Part shown: positions 10,311 to 19,843 of the stretch, piece after piece
Layout: each line of letters begins with the position of its first letter
How positions within the stretch are numbered: position 1 is the first letter of the stretch
Source of the DNA: Verrucomicrobiota bacterium
GTDB taxonomy: Bacteria; Verrucomicrobiota; Verrucomicrobiia; Limisphaerales; AAA164-E04
Length of the DNA: 64,000 nucleotides
Reading direction: 5' to 3'
Assembly (NCBI GenBank): GCA_047947115.1
Contig: CP170459.1
Location: forward strand, 5,632,001-5,696,000
Program-made: the position numbers and the translations under genes
The notes under the pieces: model-generated
Told to the model about the DNA's origin: nothing
The model's database searches: none
The model's input: only the letters and a program-made list of their open reading frames with translations

Positions 10311-11156
10311 TTACTCCTGAACAGGTATCTTGTAAAAACAAAGCCAGCTACCAACCCTCGCGCCAAGATCGATCGAGGCCCGAGCGTTGTTGATGTTGAA
10401 CCGAAACCACTCGGCATGCCCATCTTCAAAAAGAAAATTGCCCCCCTCAGGCGAACCATCCTGGTTCCGATGTGTGGCGGCTGGAACACGTTTTCCATCA
10501 CTCTCCGTATACCAATCAACGGTTCCGGAATTATTGGCCACATTCCAATTTCCCAGTCCCTGCAGACGATCGGTCAAAATCGGTGCATTTTTGAAACGCC
10601 CGCCCAATTTTTTACGTTTCACCCAGTCTTCGACACCACTGACATTGTATTCAGCGCTGGAAGTCGTGCGTCCAGGCAAATAAAAGTATCCCGTCAGAAC
10701 TGGTTTGAGATGCGCCTGAGGATCGCCATTACGCCAGAGATCCGCGACACGATGCCACTTGTCCGTCGGACAAAAGATCAGGTGGAATTTGTCTTTCTCC
10801 TGTTCGGTTTTCTTGGATTCCATCAGGTAGTTCTTCCAGAAATCCGCCATCGATGGCCCCATCCAGCTCAAATGCTGACCTTGAGAATTATCCGGGAACG
10901 AATTATCCCAATCCGCCGCATACATCTGTATGGCAATCCCCCATTGCCGCTGGTTGCTGAGACATAATGTCTGGTTGGCCTTGGCTTTTGCCTTGCTCAA
11001 TGCGGGCAGAAGCATTCCCGCCAGAATAGCGATGATGGCAATGACGACCAACAATTCGATCAAGGTGAAACCGTGACGGCGGCATGCCCTGACACGATGA
11101 TTACGAGTCTTCTCACTCAAAGAGCAGACCATAGAAGTAGCGCATGGAATCTTCAT
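10311..11156 (-). CDS. Prepilin-type N-terminal cleavage/methylation protein with H-X9-DG-like C-terminus (DUF1559-like)
   Basis: [46 protein letters not shown]...[13 protein letters not shown]. True start may lie further downstream. Confidence 0.9.
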   Translation of the reverse strand: MKIPCATSMVCSLSEKTRNHRVRACRRHGFTLIELLVVIAIIAILAGMLLPALSKAKAKANQTLCLSNQRQWGIAIQMYAADWDNSFPDNSQGQHLSWMGPSMADFWKNYLMESKKTEQEKDKFHLIFCPTDKWHRVADLWRNGDPQAHLKPVLTGYFYLPGRTTSSAEYNVSGVEDWVKRKKLGGRFKNAPILTDRLQGLGNWNVANNSGTVDWYTESDGKRVPAATHRNQDGSPEGGNFLFEDGHAEWFRFNINNARASIDLGARVGSWLCFYKIPVQE

Positions 11157-11428
11157 AAGGGTAACGGGATTTAAACGTTTCTAAGCACTATCATGAAAAA
11201 GGTCAACTCACATTCCTCTCAATGAAGCCATTCACCCAATTCACACATCAATCCACCTCATGCCCCCAATCGACGCAGGAATATAAAAAATTACTATGTT
11301 CCTATTCTTGGCCACGCCATCCCGCTCATCTCATCGCTCCACAACTGCAGTGGCTGCATATCCATATCCAGTCAAAACATCAATTATCTGGTGCTTCCCT
11401 GAACATCTGTCAAACTGGCGTCGACATT

Positions 11429-12262
11429 ATGGCAGAAATCGGTCGCCTCAACTCATTAACCATTCTCCACCGGACGCCCCAGGGATTCTACCTGGATGGC
11501 GCAGAGCACGGTGATATCCTGCTTCCTTCCCGCTACATCACCCCAGCAATGAAGGAAGGAGAAACCCTCACCGTTTTTGTTTATCGGGATTCCGAAGACA
11601 GATTGATTGCCACCACGGAACGTCCCAAAGCCATTGCGGGTGACTTTGCCTGTCTTGAAGTTACCAGCGTACATCCCAAAGTCGGCGCGTTTTTGAACTG
11701 GGGACTCTCCAAGGACCTGCTGCTGCCGTTTCGCGAGCAACCCAAAACCGTTCGCACAGGTCAAAAGGTCCTTGTCAAAGTGGCGCTGGATCCAAAATCC
11801 GAACGCATCATCGCCACCATGCGCCTGAATCGTTGGTTGGAAAAGCAAACACCCCACTACCGAAATGGGCAATCCGTGCGGTTGTGGATGATCGACACCA
11901 CCCCAATGGGCTGGAACGCACTGATCAATGAAAGTCACATTGGATTGCTTTATCACGACGAAAGCACCACCTCCTTGTCGTCCGGAATGAAAATTAAAGG
12001 CTACATCCAGCGCATGCGAGAGGATGGAAAAATCGACCTTACCCTGAATCCGGACCGAGGTGCACGTGTCACCACCCTCTCAACAAAAATCCTGGAATCC
12101 CTTGATCAAAATCAGGGCTACCTGCCACTCAACGACAAAAGCGCCCCGGAAGAAATTCGCGACACGTTCGGAGTCAGCAAAAAGGACTTCAAACAAACCA
12201 TCGGCACCCTCTACAAAGAACGAAAAATCAGCATTGATGCGGATGGGATTCGTTTGATTTGA
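11429..12262 (+). CDS. cvfB: CvfB-like S1 RNA-binding protein
   Basis: Start moved to MAEIGRLNSL; GFYLDG..ILLP, VFVYRDSEDRLIAT, GAFLNWGLSKDLLLP, winged helix DKSAPEEIRDTFGVSKKDFKQTIGTLYK. Confidence 0.88.
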   Translation: MAEIGRLNSLTILHRTPQGFYLDGAEHGDILLPSRYITPAMKEGETLTVFVYRDSEDRLIATTERPKAIAGDFACLEVTSVHPKVGAFLNWGLSKDLLLPFREQPKTVRTGQKVLVKVALDPKSERIIATMRLNRWLEKQTPHYRNGQSVRLWMIDTTPMGWNALINESHIGLLYHDESTTSLSSGMKIKGYIQRMREDGKIDLTLNPDRGARVTTLSTKILESLDQNQGYLPLNDKSAPEEIRDTFGVSKKDFKQTIGTLYKERKISIDADGIRLI

Positions 12263-12291
12263 CTGGAAAGTTTTTTAGAACCGCAGATCGA

Positions 12292-13755
12292 TCAGATGGT
12301 CGAAGACTTTGAGATCATTCGCTTGAACGATCCGATAACATTCCCCTCATTTTGGTCAATGCGTTCGGGACGACCTTTGTAAGGGTAGATGAGTTCGGTA
12401 TGATCAACTCCAAGCAGGTGAAGAATTGTGGCGTGAAAATCATGCACGTGGGATATTTCTGTTACTGCATGCAATCCCAACTCGTCCGTTTCGCCGATCG
12501 CGGTGCCACCTTGAACTCCGCCTCCGGCTAACCACATGGTAAAGCCCGTTGGATTGTGGTCACGTCCATCCCCTTTTTCAGACATGGGGGTCCGGCCGAA
12601 TTCGCCACCCCAGATAACCAATGTTTCATCAAGCAGCCCTCGTTGTTTCAAATCTGTCAACAACGCCGCCACAGGTTGATCCATCTCCTTGCAAAGTCGG
12701 GTGTGGTTTTTTTCAATCTGGTCGTGACTGTCCCACTTGGATCCGGCCCCATGGTAAAGCTGAACAAAACGGACGCCTCGTTCAACGAGTCGGCGAGCCA
12801 GCAGGCAGTTTTGACCAAACACGGCGGTTTCTTTCTGATCCATGCCGTACATTTGGCGCGTCGTTTCGGTTTCTCCCGCAAGATGGATGGCTTCCGGAGC
12901 TTCGGCCTGCATTCGGAAGGCCAGCTCGTAGCTTTGAATTCGCGCGTCCAGATCGGTATTGGATGTGCGTCCCTTTTGATGCGCGCGATTAAGCTGTTCC
13001 AGGAAGGACAGCTTTCTGGACTGCCGGGATTCGGTGACTCCTTCAGGATTCTTCAAATTCAGGATGGGTTCGTCTCCCGGTTCAAAAAGGGTTCCTTGAT
13101 AAAGGGAAGGCATGAATCCGGCCCCCCAACTTCGCACACCATTGACGACCATGTTTTTGTTGTCCTTGATCACAACGAAACCCGGGAGGTTTCTGTTCGC
13201 CGTGCCAAGCCCGTAGGAAACCCAGGCACCGAGTGAAGGACGCCCCCCGAATACCGATCCGGTATTCATTTGGCAAACGCCGCCTGCATGGTTGATGCCA
13301 TCGGAAACACACGATCGCAGCACGCACAACTCATCGGCTTTCTGCGACAAATGAGGAAGCCAATCGGAAATCCACAAACCCGATTGGCCATGCTGTTTCC
13401 ATTCACGCTTGCATTCCAGCAGCGGGGAATTCTGCTCCCCCATCGCGGTGATGGGTTTAGGGAAACTCCCGGGTAATTTCTGACCGGCGAGTTTGTTCAA
13501 AAGCGGTTTGGGATCGAACAAATCGATGTGACTCGGCCCACCTTCCATGAAAAGAAAGATAACATTCTTGGCGCGCCCCGGGGCATGCGGCACCTTGGCC
13601 TGCATCGGATTTCCCCTCGCAAAAGGATCACTGATGCCGGCAATCAAATCCGCATCACGTGACATGGCTGCCAACGCCACCGCGCCAAAGCCCATGCCCG
13701 CACGTTGCAAAAAACCGCGTCGCGTCTGGATATTTTCATAGTGAGGCTGTTTCAT
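12292..13755 (-). CDS. DUF1501 family protein (Tat-exported)
   Basis: TRRGFL; IFLFMEGGPSHIDLFDPKP; WDSH; GEFGRTP; GRDHNP. Confidence 0.92.
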   Translation of the reverse strand: MKQPHYENIQTRRGFLQRAGMGFGAVALAAMSRDADLIAGISDPFARGNPMQAKVPHAPGRAKNVIFLFMEGGPSHIDLFDPKPLLNKLAGQKLPGSFPKPITAMGEQNSPLLECKREWKQHGQSGLWISDWLPHLSQKADELCVLRSCVSDGINHAGGVCQMNTGSVFGGRPSLGAWVSYGLGTANRNLPGFVVIKDNKNMVVNGVRSWGAGFMPSLYQGTLFEPGDEPILNLKNPEGVTESRQSRKLSFLEQLNRAHQKGRTSNTDLDARIQSYELAFRMQAEAPEAIHLAGETETTRQMYGMDQKETAVFGQNCLLARRLVERGVRFVQLYHGAGSKWDSHDQIEKNHTRLCKEMDQPVAALLTDLKQRGLLDETLVIWGGEFGRTPMSEKGDGRDHNPTGFTMWLAGGGVQGGTAIGETDELGLHAVTEISHVHDFHATILHLLGVDHTELIYPYKGRPERIDQNEGNVIGSFKRMISKSSTI

Positions 13756-13757
13756 GA

Positions 13758-15899
13758 TCAGTGGAGGTAGAGAAATTCATTGGAACTCAGCAACATTTGA
13801 CACATATCCACAAGGCTGTCCCCTTCTGCGCGGTTGTCCTGAAGAAAAGTCACGGCCATGTGAATTTCTGCTTCACCCGCATGACGCCCGTAACACCGTT
13901 GATACGCCTCCCTGACCATCGCGACAACATCATCACCATGAGTCGAACGAAGCAGTTCGGCGAATTGCTGGGCGCGTTTAAGGATCCAATCGCCGTTCAT
14001 CAACAACAATGCCTGCCCCGGAGTCGTGGTCGCATCCCGAACAGGCGTACTATTGAACCCTGTGGGAGAATCGAAACCTTTCAGTATTTCGTCGGGCGTA
14101 TTGCGTATCTTCCGCACATAGATACTGCGGCGCTGCCGGTCACCCTTGACCGAAGGTCCACCCAGTGAACGGTCCAGTTCACCGCTGACAGTCAACATCG
14201 CATCACGCACTTGCGCCGCATCCAAACGCTGCGGAGGATAACGCCACAGCAGTCGGTTTATCGGATCGGTTTCCGATTCCCTTGCCCCGGGCTCGCGTCG
14301 GGCGGTTTGCTGATAGGTGGATGAATGAACAATCAAACGATGCATGTGCTTGAAACTCCAGCCGGAGGCCAGAAACTCGGAAGCCAGCCAGTCAAGCAAT
14401 TCAGGATGACTGGGCGCTTTTCCCAATTCACCAAAATCATTGGGAGACGCCACCAAACCATCTTTGAAGTGTTTGAGCCAAATGCGATTGACGATCACCC
14501 TCGGTGTCAGCGGATGTTTCTCATCGGTCAACCATTCTGCCAATGTGGAACGTCGACCGGTCGTGTTGCCATGAGCCGGAGATTGTATTGACTGGGAGGC
14601 CGGCTCCAGCACACTCAGAAAGCCGGGATCAATGTCTCGCGCTCCGGCGCGATTTTTGAGCAGGACCTTGGGTGCGTTCCTTCCCACATCCGATGCAACA
14701 AAAGCCGGCGTTAAGGAAGCAGGCTTGAGATAATCGTAAGCTTTCAACGCTGCGCGCAGTTGTTTGAGTTTCTCGGATTCTTCGCCCTTGATGGATTTGG
14801 TTTCATCAAAACGTTCCCGTTCGTATTCCACCTGGATATTGGCCAGGTCCATCAACTGCTGCTGATACGGTGTCCGCTGTTCTTTCGGCATCGCGAAGAT
14901 AGCCTGAATGGCTTCGGGAAACATGATGAGCGCGGCGTGTTGCCTGGCCTTGATCTGAGGCTCGACAATGGCGTCAATCTGTTCCCGTAAATCTTTGGTG
15001 GCCTCCAGCCAGACCTGAAGCTGGCGTTCATGTTCTCTCTTTTGCTTAGGAGTCGCCAGCGGCACATCGAACTTCCAACTGACCGGCGCCAACATGGCCT
15101 TGAGGCGGTAGTAATCTTCTTGGGGAATCGGATCGAATTTATGGTCGTGGCACTGGGCGCAACCGATACCCACTCCCATGAACACTTCGCCTGTCAACGA
15201 TGTCAGCTCGTCCACAATCAACTCCCAGTGCATTTCCACATTACGCTGATTATACTCGTAAATACCGTTTCTCAAATAGGCAGTCCCAATCATCACATCC
15301 GGATTGTCAGGAGCAATCTCGTCACCTGCCAATTGTTCCCTTACGAACTGGTCATAACGTTTATCCTGGTTGAATGAGTTCACCACATAATCGCGGTAAG
15401 GCCAGGCATGAGGCCGGAAAGCGTCCTGACGATACCCGTCGGATTCCGCCCATCGCGTCACATCCAGCCAATGCTGCCCCCAGCGTTCGCCGTAATGCGG
15501 ACTGTTTAGCAATTCCTCGACCAGGTTCGACCACGCTTTGGGGTTGGTGTCGTTGGCAAATTGTTCGACAGCATCCGCACTGGGCGGAAGGCCGATCAAA
15601 TCAAAATAAACGCGCCGAATGAGTTCACGACGATCTGCCTTTGGGCTGGGCGTCAGATCGGCATTCTGTAGTGCTCGATCCACAAATCGATCGATGGGAT
15701 TCTGACTCCATTCATCCCCTGCCCTCAACGGGACTTCCGGGCGTTCCACCGGTTTGACCGCCCACCAATGTGCGGATGCATCCTCGACCGCAGAGGCAGC
15801 CTGAGAAACCATGACACCCGTCATGAAAACCGAAGCGAGCACCCTGCCCATTGTCGAACACCAGCTTGAAACAAAGGAATGAGATCGAATTTTTGGCAT
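13758..15899 (-). CDS. DUF1549/DUF1553 protein without the N-terminal cytochrome c domain
   Basis: Start moved to ATG 15899 (TAATG overlap with upstream stop, GGAG upstream); NPIDRF, LIRRVYFDLIGLPP, YGERWGQHWLD, CAQCHDHKFD, HPELLDWLA, SNEFLYLH. Confidence 0.9.
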   Translation of the reverse strand: MPKIRSHSFVSSWCSTMGRVLASVFMTGVMVSQAASAVEDASAHWWAVKPVERPEVPLRAGDEWSQNPIDRFVDRALQNADLTPSPKADRRELIRRVYFDLIGLPPSADAVEQFANDTNPKAWSNLVEELLNSPHYGERWGQHWLDVTRWAESDGYRQDAFRPHAWPYRDYVVNSFNQDKRYDQFVREQLAGDEIAPDNPDVMIGTAYLRNGIYEYNQRNVEMHWELIVDELTSLTGEVFMGVGIGCAQCHDHKFDPIPQEDYYRLKAMLAPVSWKFDVPLATPKQKREHERQLQVWLEATKDLREQIDAIVEPQIKARQHAALIMFPEAIQAIFAMPKEQRTPYQQQLMDLANIQVEYERERFDETKSIKGEESEKLKQLRAALKAYDYLKPASLTPAFVASDVGRNAPKVLLKNRAGARDIDPGFLSVLEPASQSIQSPAHGNTTGRRSTLAEWLTDEKHPLTPRVIVNRIWLKHFKDGLVASPNDFGELGKAPSHPELLDWLASEFLASGWSFKHMHRLIVHSSTYQQTARREPGARESETDPINRLLWRYPPQRLDAAQVRDAMLTVSGELDRSLGGPSVKGDRQRRSIYVRKIRNTPDEILKGFDSPTGFNSTPVRDATTTPGQALLLMNGDWILKRAQQFAELLRSTHGDDVVAMVREAYQRCYGRHAGEAEIHMAVTFLQDNRAEGDSLVDMCQMLLSSNEFLYLH

Positions 15900-17998
15900 T
15901 ATTTCTCCTTTTGTCGAATCCATTGGACAGCGTCCAGAATCACATAGCCATCCGTCCCGCCGTTCCCAATGCTTACCTTGCCTTGATTGTCGAACGTATA
16001 GCTCCCCAACGAAACCGCCGCCCCATCAATCTCTGGTTTTTCACGCTGATTCACGGTCACCCGAGCCACACCCGATGCATGATGCACTTCCACCGGCACA
16101 TTCGTCGCCCGGTTCGGGTTGGGGGTGTAAGTCATTCTTACTTCATAGATACCCGGTTTGAGTTCGGTTTCGAACTGAGCAGACTCATTCCCTTTGTTCT
16201 CATTATTGTCATGATGATAGCCCCGTTCATAAAAAGGCTGCACCGAATGACTCATCCGCCAACCACGGCTGCGTATAGCAGCGAAATCATCCACCAAGAT
16301 TCCCTCCAGTTGGGTTGCTCCAGACTGAATCTGTGTCGCAATCTCCAACACCTGACCATCCTCAAGCAAACGCTCGCGGAGCCGATCATAAGGCAGGTCC
16401 TGCACGGGAAGTTGACTCTGGGATTCCAAACACATCATGGCAGCCGTTGCGGCCGATTGACCGAGAATCATGAATACGGGTTCCATGCGAATCGAACCAA
16501 AAGCAATGTGCGAACTGGACACACAAACCGGCACCAACAAATTATCACACTGCTCCTTCTTGGGAATCAAGGAACCGTAACTGATCTCATAAGGGCCCTG
16601 GGTCGACACCCCGATGTCCCCTTCGTTCTGCACGAATCCGTCAGGCATGATATAGCGTTGGACGTTATGACTGTCCATGGTGTAGGATCCCATCCCAACT
16701 GAACGGGGCGTGGGACGCCGTTTGAGCAGTTCGTTTTCGGTCATCACAAAATCCCCCACCATTCGCCTTGCTTCACGCACATAAATTTGATGGGGCCATC
16801 CACCATTATCCTTGAACTCGTCTCTGGCCAATCCGTAGCGGGCCATCTTGGATCGAACGTCTTCCGGCACGCGCGGATCATTTGCGATGAAATACATCAA
16901 TCCTTTCTGATACTGTTCATGCTCTCGAATAATTTCTCGGCGTCGTTCATAACTGCCCTCAGGATAATCATAATTGAAACCGATGTTATCAGTGCTGAAG
17001 GGGCCATGATTATTGGTATCCGTCTTGTGATTGGGAATCGGATCAAATTTGTTGAATGTCTGCCGCCAACCTGCATCAAAGATGCGCAACAACAATTCAT
17101 ACTGCCCCGGATCATAACCTTCGGGTTTTGGAAAGGGGATGCGGTTTTCTGGATGTGCCGTCAGGCACATGCGAAAACAATAAGCCTGAATCCGATGATC
17201 CCCCGCACCATAATCTCCGGGCGGTTCGGATGAAACGCGAGGCAGCACACCACTGGATGGATCACCGGGAATCTGGTAAGGACTCAATGGTTTTTTCACA
17301 GCGCCAAAATGATGACCGTGATGCAGCACGCCTGTTTGAACACCATTCCACTGTTCGTCATAGGTGTCCGTGCTTTCGCGACCGACATGATAATCCACAC
17401 CCGAAGTCGCCAGCAGATCCCCCTCATAAGTTGCGTCGATAAACATTCGCCCCCGATAAGTCTTCCCGGAAAGCATACGAATGGATTGAATCCTTGCACC
17501 TTCTTTCACCACACTGGTTGCCACATTCCGATCCAACCATTCATTGCGATGCACCGGAATGTCCAGTTCTGCGATCCATTCATCGAACACTGTCTCGGCG
17601 ACGTGAGGTTCGAAAATCCACATCGTGCGTTGCGCACCATCAATCGCCGGCGTCCCCTGGCCCTTGTTGCCATACTCTTCACGTTTTTGCCAACGCCAGG
17701 CGTCATTCTTCTGATATTGCTGCCAGACACGGTGATAGAACTCACGGCTCAGACCACCAATCACCGCCTTGTTACCGGTATCCGTCCAACCAAGTCCACC
17801 ACTGGTCAAACCACCCAGATGCTGGTCCGGACATACGATGATCACCGATTTCCCCATCCGCTTGGCCTGCACGGCCGATGTCACAGCAGCACTGGTACTC
17901 CCATAAACCACCAGGTCAAAAACCGGTTCAGCGGCCTTTACTGACACAAGCACAAGCAAACCTGCCACCATCGAGGCAATCCATTTGGGAAAATTCAT
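15899..17998 (-). CDS. Secreted FAD-dependent oxidoreductase (FAD_oxidored family) with C-terminal xanthan-lyase/golvesin-type beta-sandwich
   Basis: Signal peptide; DLVVYGSTSAAV (Rossmann), HLGGLTSGGLG, FIDATYEGDL, YVREARRM, SSSHIAFGSIRMEP; C-terminal GIYEVRMTY..NRATNV..GYVILDAVQW. Confidence 0.88.
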   Translation of the reverse strand: MNFPKWIASMVAGLLVLVSVKAAEPVFDLVVYGSTSAAVTSAVQAKRMGKSVIIVCPDQHLGGLTSGGLGWTDTGNKAVIGGLSREFYHRVWQQYQKNDAWRWQKREEYGNKGQGTPAIDGAQRTMWIFEPHVAETVFDEWIAELDIPVHRNEWLDRNVATSVVKEGARIQSIRMLSGKTYRGRMFIDATYEGDLLATSGVDYHVGRESTDTYDEQWNGVQTGVLHHGHHFGAVKKPLSPYQIPGDPSSGVLPRVSSEPPGDYGAGDHRIQAYCFRMCLTAHPENRIPFPKPEGYDPGQYELLLRIFDAGWRQTFNKFDPIPNHKTDTNNHGPFSTDNIGFNYDYPEGSYERRREIIREHEQYQKGLMYFIANDPRVPEDVRSKMARYGLARDEFKDNGGWPHQIYVREARRMVGDFVMTENELLKRRPTPRSVGMGSYTMDSHNVQRYIMPDGFVQNEGDIGVSTQGPYEISYGSLIPKKEQCDNLLVPVCVSSSHIAFGSIRMEPVFMILGQSAATAAMMCLESQSQLPVQDLPYDRLRERLLEDGQVLEIATQIQSGATQLEGILVDDFAAIRSRGWRMSHSVQPFYERGYHHDNNENKGNESAQFETELKPGIYEVRMTYTPNPNRATNVPVEVHHASGVARVTVNQREKPEIDGAAVSLGSYTFDNQGKVSIGNGGTDGYVILDAVQWIRQKEK

Positions 17999-18162
17999 GT
18001 GGAAATCCTACCCAACAGAATCAAAAAAACCAGACCAAAACAGCCGGAGAGCTGACAGAGGATTTAGAAAGATCTATTGACCTTGTCCTAAATCACAACA
18101 AAAAAACCAGCAACCCCTACCCAAATTGCGTAGGAGCACCATTCATCATGATTGAATTCGAT

Positions 18163-19503
18163 TTACCTGTTGCTCCTGTTCTGTAATTCGAAAAGAGCTT
18201 CAGAAGCTGCTGTCTGCAGCTCGGTAGAAGGCAGGCTTTGAATCCAGTCCAGAGCATTCTGCGAATCTTCCCGACCAATCATGCCTATGGCTTGACGCAT
18301 GACATGCCCTTGAATTTCATCGATGGATCGACCCTGCATCCATTGAGCCAAGCCCTGCGGATCTTTCTGCGCCCACTGCGCCGTCGAACTGGCCCATGCC
18401 TGACGACGCAACGATTCACTCTCGAACGACTCCGCCCATTCCGTCGCCGCCGCCGGATCCTTAACTGCCCACGAACGCGCCACCGACAACAACCCGCTTT
18501 CGCGCACCTTTGGATCCTCTAGTCCCAAAGCATAGTCCACAGCAGCCATCACATCTTTGTTCGCCCACTGAAACAACGAGTAGGACAAAGCTTGTTCGCG
18601 CTCCTGAGTTCCGGCAGGGAACTGAGCCGCCCACTCGGTTGTTCCTTCGGGATCTTTGAATGCCATCATTTTGGCTGCTGATAAAAACATCTGATTGCGC
18701 AAGTCATCATCCTCTATCTGAGAAGCATATTCATGAACAGCCTCCGGATCCTGTTGCGCCCAGGTCCAGGTAATGCCATCCAACGCTGTTGCCAAATCCT
18801 GACGATCCTCCAAACCGGCAGCCCACTCGATGACTCCATCCAAATCCTTCTCTGCCCAGGCAGCGCTCATGCGATTGACCGCCAGTCGTTTCAAACTGGC
18901 ATCCTGCAACCCCGTGCTCCATTCAGCCGCCAAATCGGGTTCCAATTCCACCATATATTGCACTGCCGACCGGACTACCATCCCTCGGTCCTGAAATGAA
19001 TCCAATCCCCCCAACACCTCCTCGGTAGCATCCGGGTGTAACGCCAGGATCTCCCCCACCCCCGCCAGGACTTTGGACTGATCTTTACGATCCAGACCTG
19101 GCAACACTTCCGCCAAAGAGGTCAATAATCCATCCACATCCAACTCCTCGGAATCCTTGAAACCACGCAGAACAGAAAGAAGCGATTCCACCGGACTCTG
19201 TGGTTGAGCTGGCATCGGGTTACCAGAGGTTGATTCAAACGACTCAGAAGCGATCAGTTTGTCCTGATCATTAGAAAGTGAATTTGCCTGGTCCAGGGAC
19301 GGCTTATTGGGTGTGATGGATTCGGATTTTTCAGGCAGTTCCGCGATATTTTTCGTTTCACCGACAATAGCAACCGGATCACCGCCTGATGGGTCATCGC
19401 CGCTAAACAAAAAGAAGACAGCAATTGTTCCCACCACCGCCAATCCCGAACCTACAATTAAATTTTTCATCGTCTCAAACGCCATTTGGCCTGTGGTGGT
19501 CAC
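18163..19503 (-). CDS. Membrane-anchored hypothetical protein with ~32-aa helical repeats
   Basis: N-terminal TM, acidic/Ser linker, about 8 repeats of W-A-x-x-D-P-x-(A/G)-x-x-x-W. Alternative start ATG 19470. Confidence 0.8.
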   Translation of the reverse strand: MTTTGQMAFETMKNLIVGSGLAVVGTIAVFFLFSGDDPSGGDPVAIVGETKNIAELPEKSESITPNKPSLDQANSLSNDQDKLIASESFESTSGNPMPAQPQSPVESLLSVLRGFKDSEELDVDGLLTSLAEVLPGLDRKDQSKVLAGVGEILALHPDATEEVLGGLDSFQDRGMVVRSAVQYMVELEPDLAAEWSTGLQDASLKRLAVNRMSAAWAEKDLDGVIEWAAGLEDRQDLATALDGITWTWAQQDPEAVHEYASQIEDDDLRNQMFLSAAKMMAFKDPEGTTEWAAQFPAGTQEREQALSYSLFQWANKDVMAAVDYALGLEDPKVRESGLLSVARSWAVKDPAAATEWAESFESESLRRQAWASSTAQWAQKDPQGLAQWMQGRSIDEIQGHVMRQAIGMIGREDSQNALDWIQSLPSTELQTAASEALFELQNRSNR

Positions 19504-19763
19504 GACACCGCTCTCGATTCTTTAGGCAAAGGCTGCGATATTTCACCTATCCCAACCTAACCATTTTGTGAAAGTATTTGCCCGTAGCAGGTAGGCTGCA
19601 ATGCCTTTATTCCGTAAATTATTTTGGTATATACAGGTTTCCGCAGAGGTGTCGAGCCACCCCGCTCCAGAGCACGACAACGCTCCCCCACCCATCACCC
19701 ATTTCGTCTACAGAGCAACACTCCAATGCAAATAATGTCTCCCCTCAAACAATAATCAAACCC

Positions 19764-19795
19764 AAAAAAAGGGCGCCCCACAAAGAGACGCCCTT
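19764..19795 (-). terminator. Intrinsic terminator of the HYR gene
   Basis: Minus strand aagggcgtctc-tttgt-ggggcgccctt followed by a T run, ~50 nt after stop 19844. Confidence 0.8.
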
Positions 19796-19843
19796 GATGT
19801 TCTTGTTAAACTAATGGGTGCAACCAATAGCTTTCAGGATGAC

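Noticed and set aside
10227..10967. 246-aa + strand ORF
   Set aside because: Antisense shadow of the prepilin-type gene.
15851..17944. Several long + strand ORFs (283, 148, 211 aa)
   Set aside because: Antisense to the FAD oxidoreductase; expected from codon bias.
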